60,307 nucleotides of DNA from an uncultured Candidatus Saccharibacteria bacterium. Its GTDB lineage: Bacteria > Patescibacteriota > WWE3 > UBA101185 > UBA10185. Both the position numbers and the translations under genes were made by a program. Under the pieces are notes generated by a model that was given only the letters and a program-made list of their open reading frames with translations, ran no database searches and was not told the origin of the DNA. The DNA lies in the NCBI GenBank assembly GCA_964612565.1, contig CAZTDP010000006.1:1-60307 (forward strand), in the 5' to 3' direction. Shown here one piece after another: positions 59,950-60,307 of this stretch. Each line of letters starts with the position of its first letter. Position 1 is the stretch's first letter.

Positions 59950-60307
59950 GGTTGTGCGGTGGGACACCGGAGAGACTATCCACGAGCACGACGGGGAAAT
60001 TCGTGCCACCGTGGAGGCAGCGGCGAAGCTCGGGATATCGTGTTTCAGAGCCAGCCTCGACGGAGCCATCCTCGACGGAGCCAGCCTCGTCGGAGCCCGC
60101 CTCGACGGAGCCATCCTCGACGGAGCCAGCCTCGTCGGAGCCCGCCTCGACGGAGCCCGCCTCGACGGAGCCCGCCTCGACGGAGCCAGCCTCGACGGAG
60201 CCAGCCTCGTCAGAGCCCGCCTCGACGGAGCCAGCCTCGTCGGAGCCAGCCTCGACGGAGCCATCCTCGACGGAGCCAGCCTCGTCGGAGCCCGCCTCGA
60301 CGGAGCC
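59942..60307 (+). CDS. pentapeptide-repeat protein, N-terminal part (runs off the window end)
   Basis: ATG 59942 overlaps the previous stop (ATGGCTAA). A 36-aa leader is followed by at least 17 A-x-L-x-G units with no stop before nt 60307. Confidence 0.75.
   Translation, partial: MAKVVRWDTGETIHEHDGEIRATVEAAAKLGISCFRASLDGAILDGASLVGARLDGAILDGASLVGARLDGARLDGARLDGASLDGASLVRARLDGASLVGASLDGAILDGASLVGARLDGA
60050..60307. repeat. 15-nt tandem coding repeat (pentapeptide array)
   Basis: Unit GCC-(AGC/CGC/ATC)-CTC-(GAC/GTC)-GGA. The same unit occupies nt 3-52. Confidence 0.95.

Noticed and set aside
59812-60264. - strand ORF ([10 protein letters not shown]...) antisense to the pentapeptide array
   Set aside because: It is the mirror frame of the tandem repeat. 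The + frame has a coupled ATG and gives the well-known A-x-L-x-G repeat.

Overview
GC-rich 60,307-nt window that reads end to end as one dsDNA phage genome. I see no host flank, rRNA, tRNA or CRISPR array. Layout: (1) A rightward (+) early arm leaves a divergent control region at about 59.3-59.7 kb. It runs off the right end of the window inside a pentapeptide-repeat gene and resumes at nt 1 in the same repeat, so the molecule is probably circular or circularly permuted. It then continues to about 13.0 kb through roughly 30 translationally coupled genes. These include a Rad50/SbcC-like ATPase, a Cas4-like PD-(D/E)XK nuclease, a RecT-like protein, duplicated ASCH genes, and a duplicated 100-aa gene with an invariant 137-nt leader block. 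(2) A leftward (-) arm runs from about 59.3 kb down to 13.1 kb. In order it carries: an XRE-type regulator; a protein made of about 31 tandem tetrapeptide units; a block of methyltransferase-like genes; a VRR-NUC nuclease; an SNF2 helicase; a replisome organiser with internal palindromic iterons; small regulators; terminase; a Mu-type portal; protease-scaffold; capsid; head-tail genes; sheath; tube; a chaperone with a U UUU UUA slip site; tape measure; a Mu gp43-gp48-like baseplate; three tail-fibre genes (two ending in SGNH esterase-like domains) interrupted by one opposite-strand lipoprotein gene; and a lysis block with a GH73-like glucosaminidase plus a papain-like peptidase. No integrase, transposase or partition gene was recognised. 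All family names come from motif recognition by eye, nothing was searched, and start codons were chosen from RBS and overlap context.
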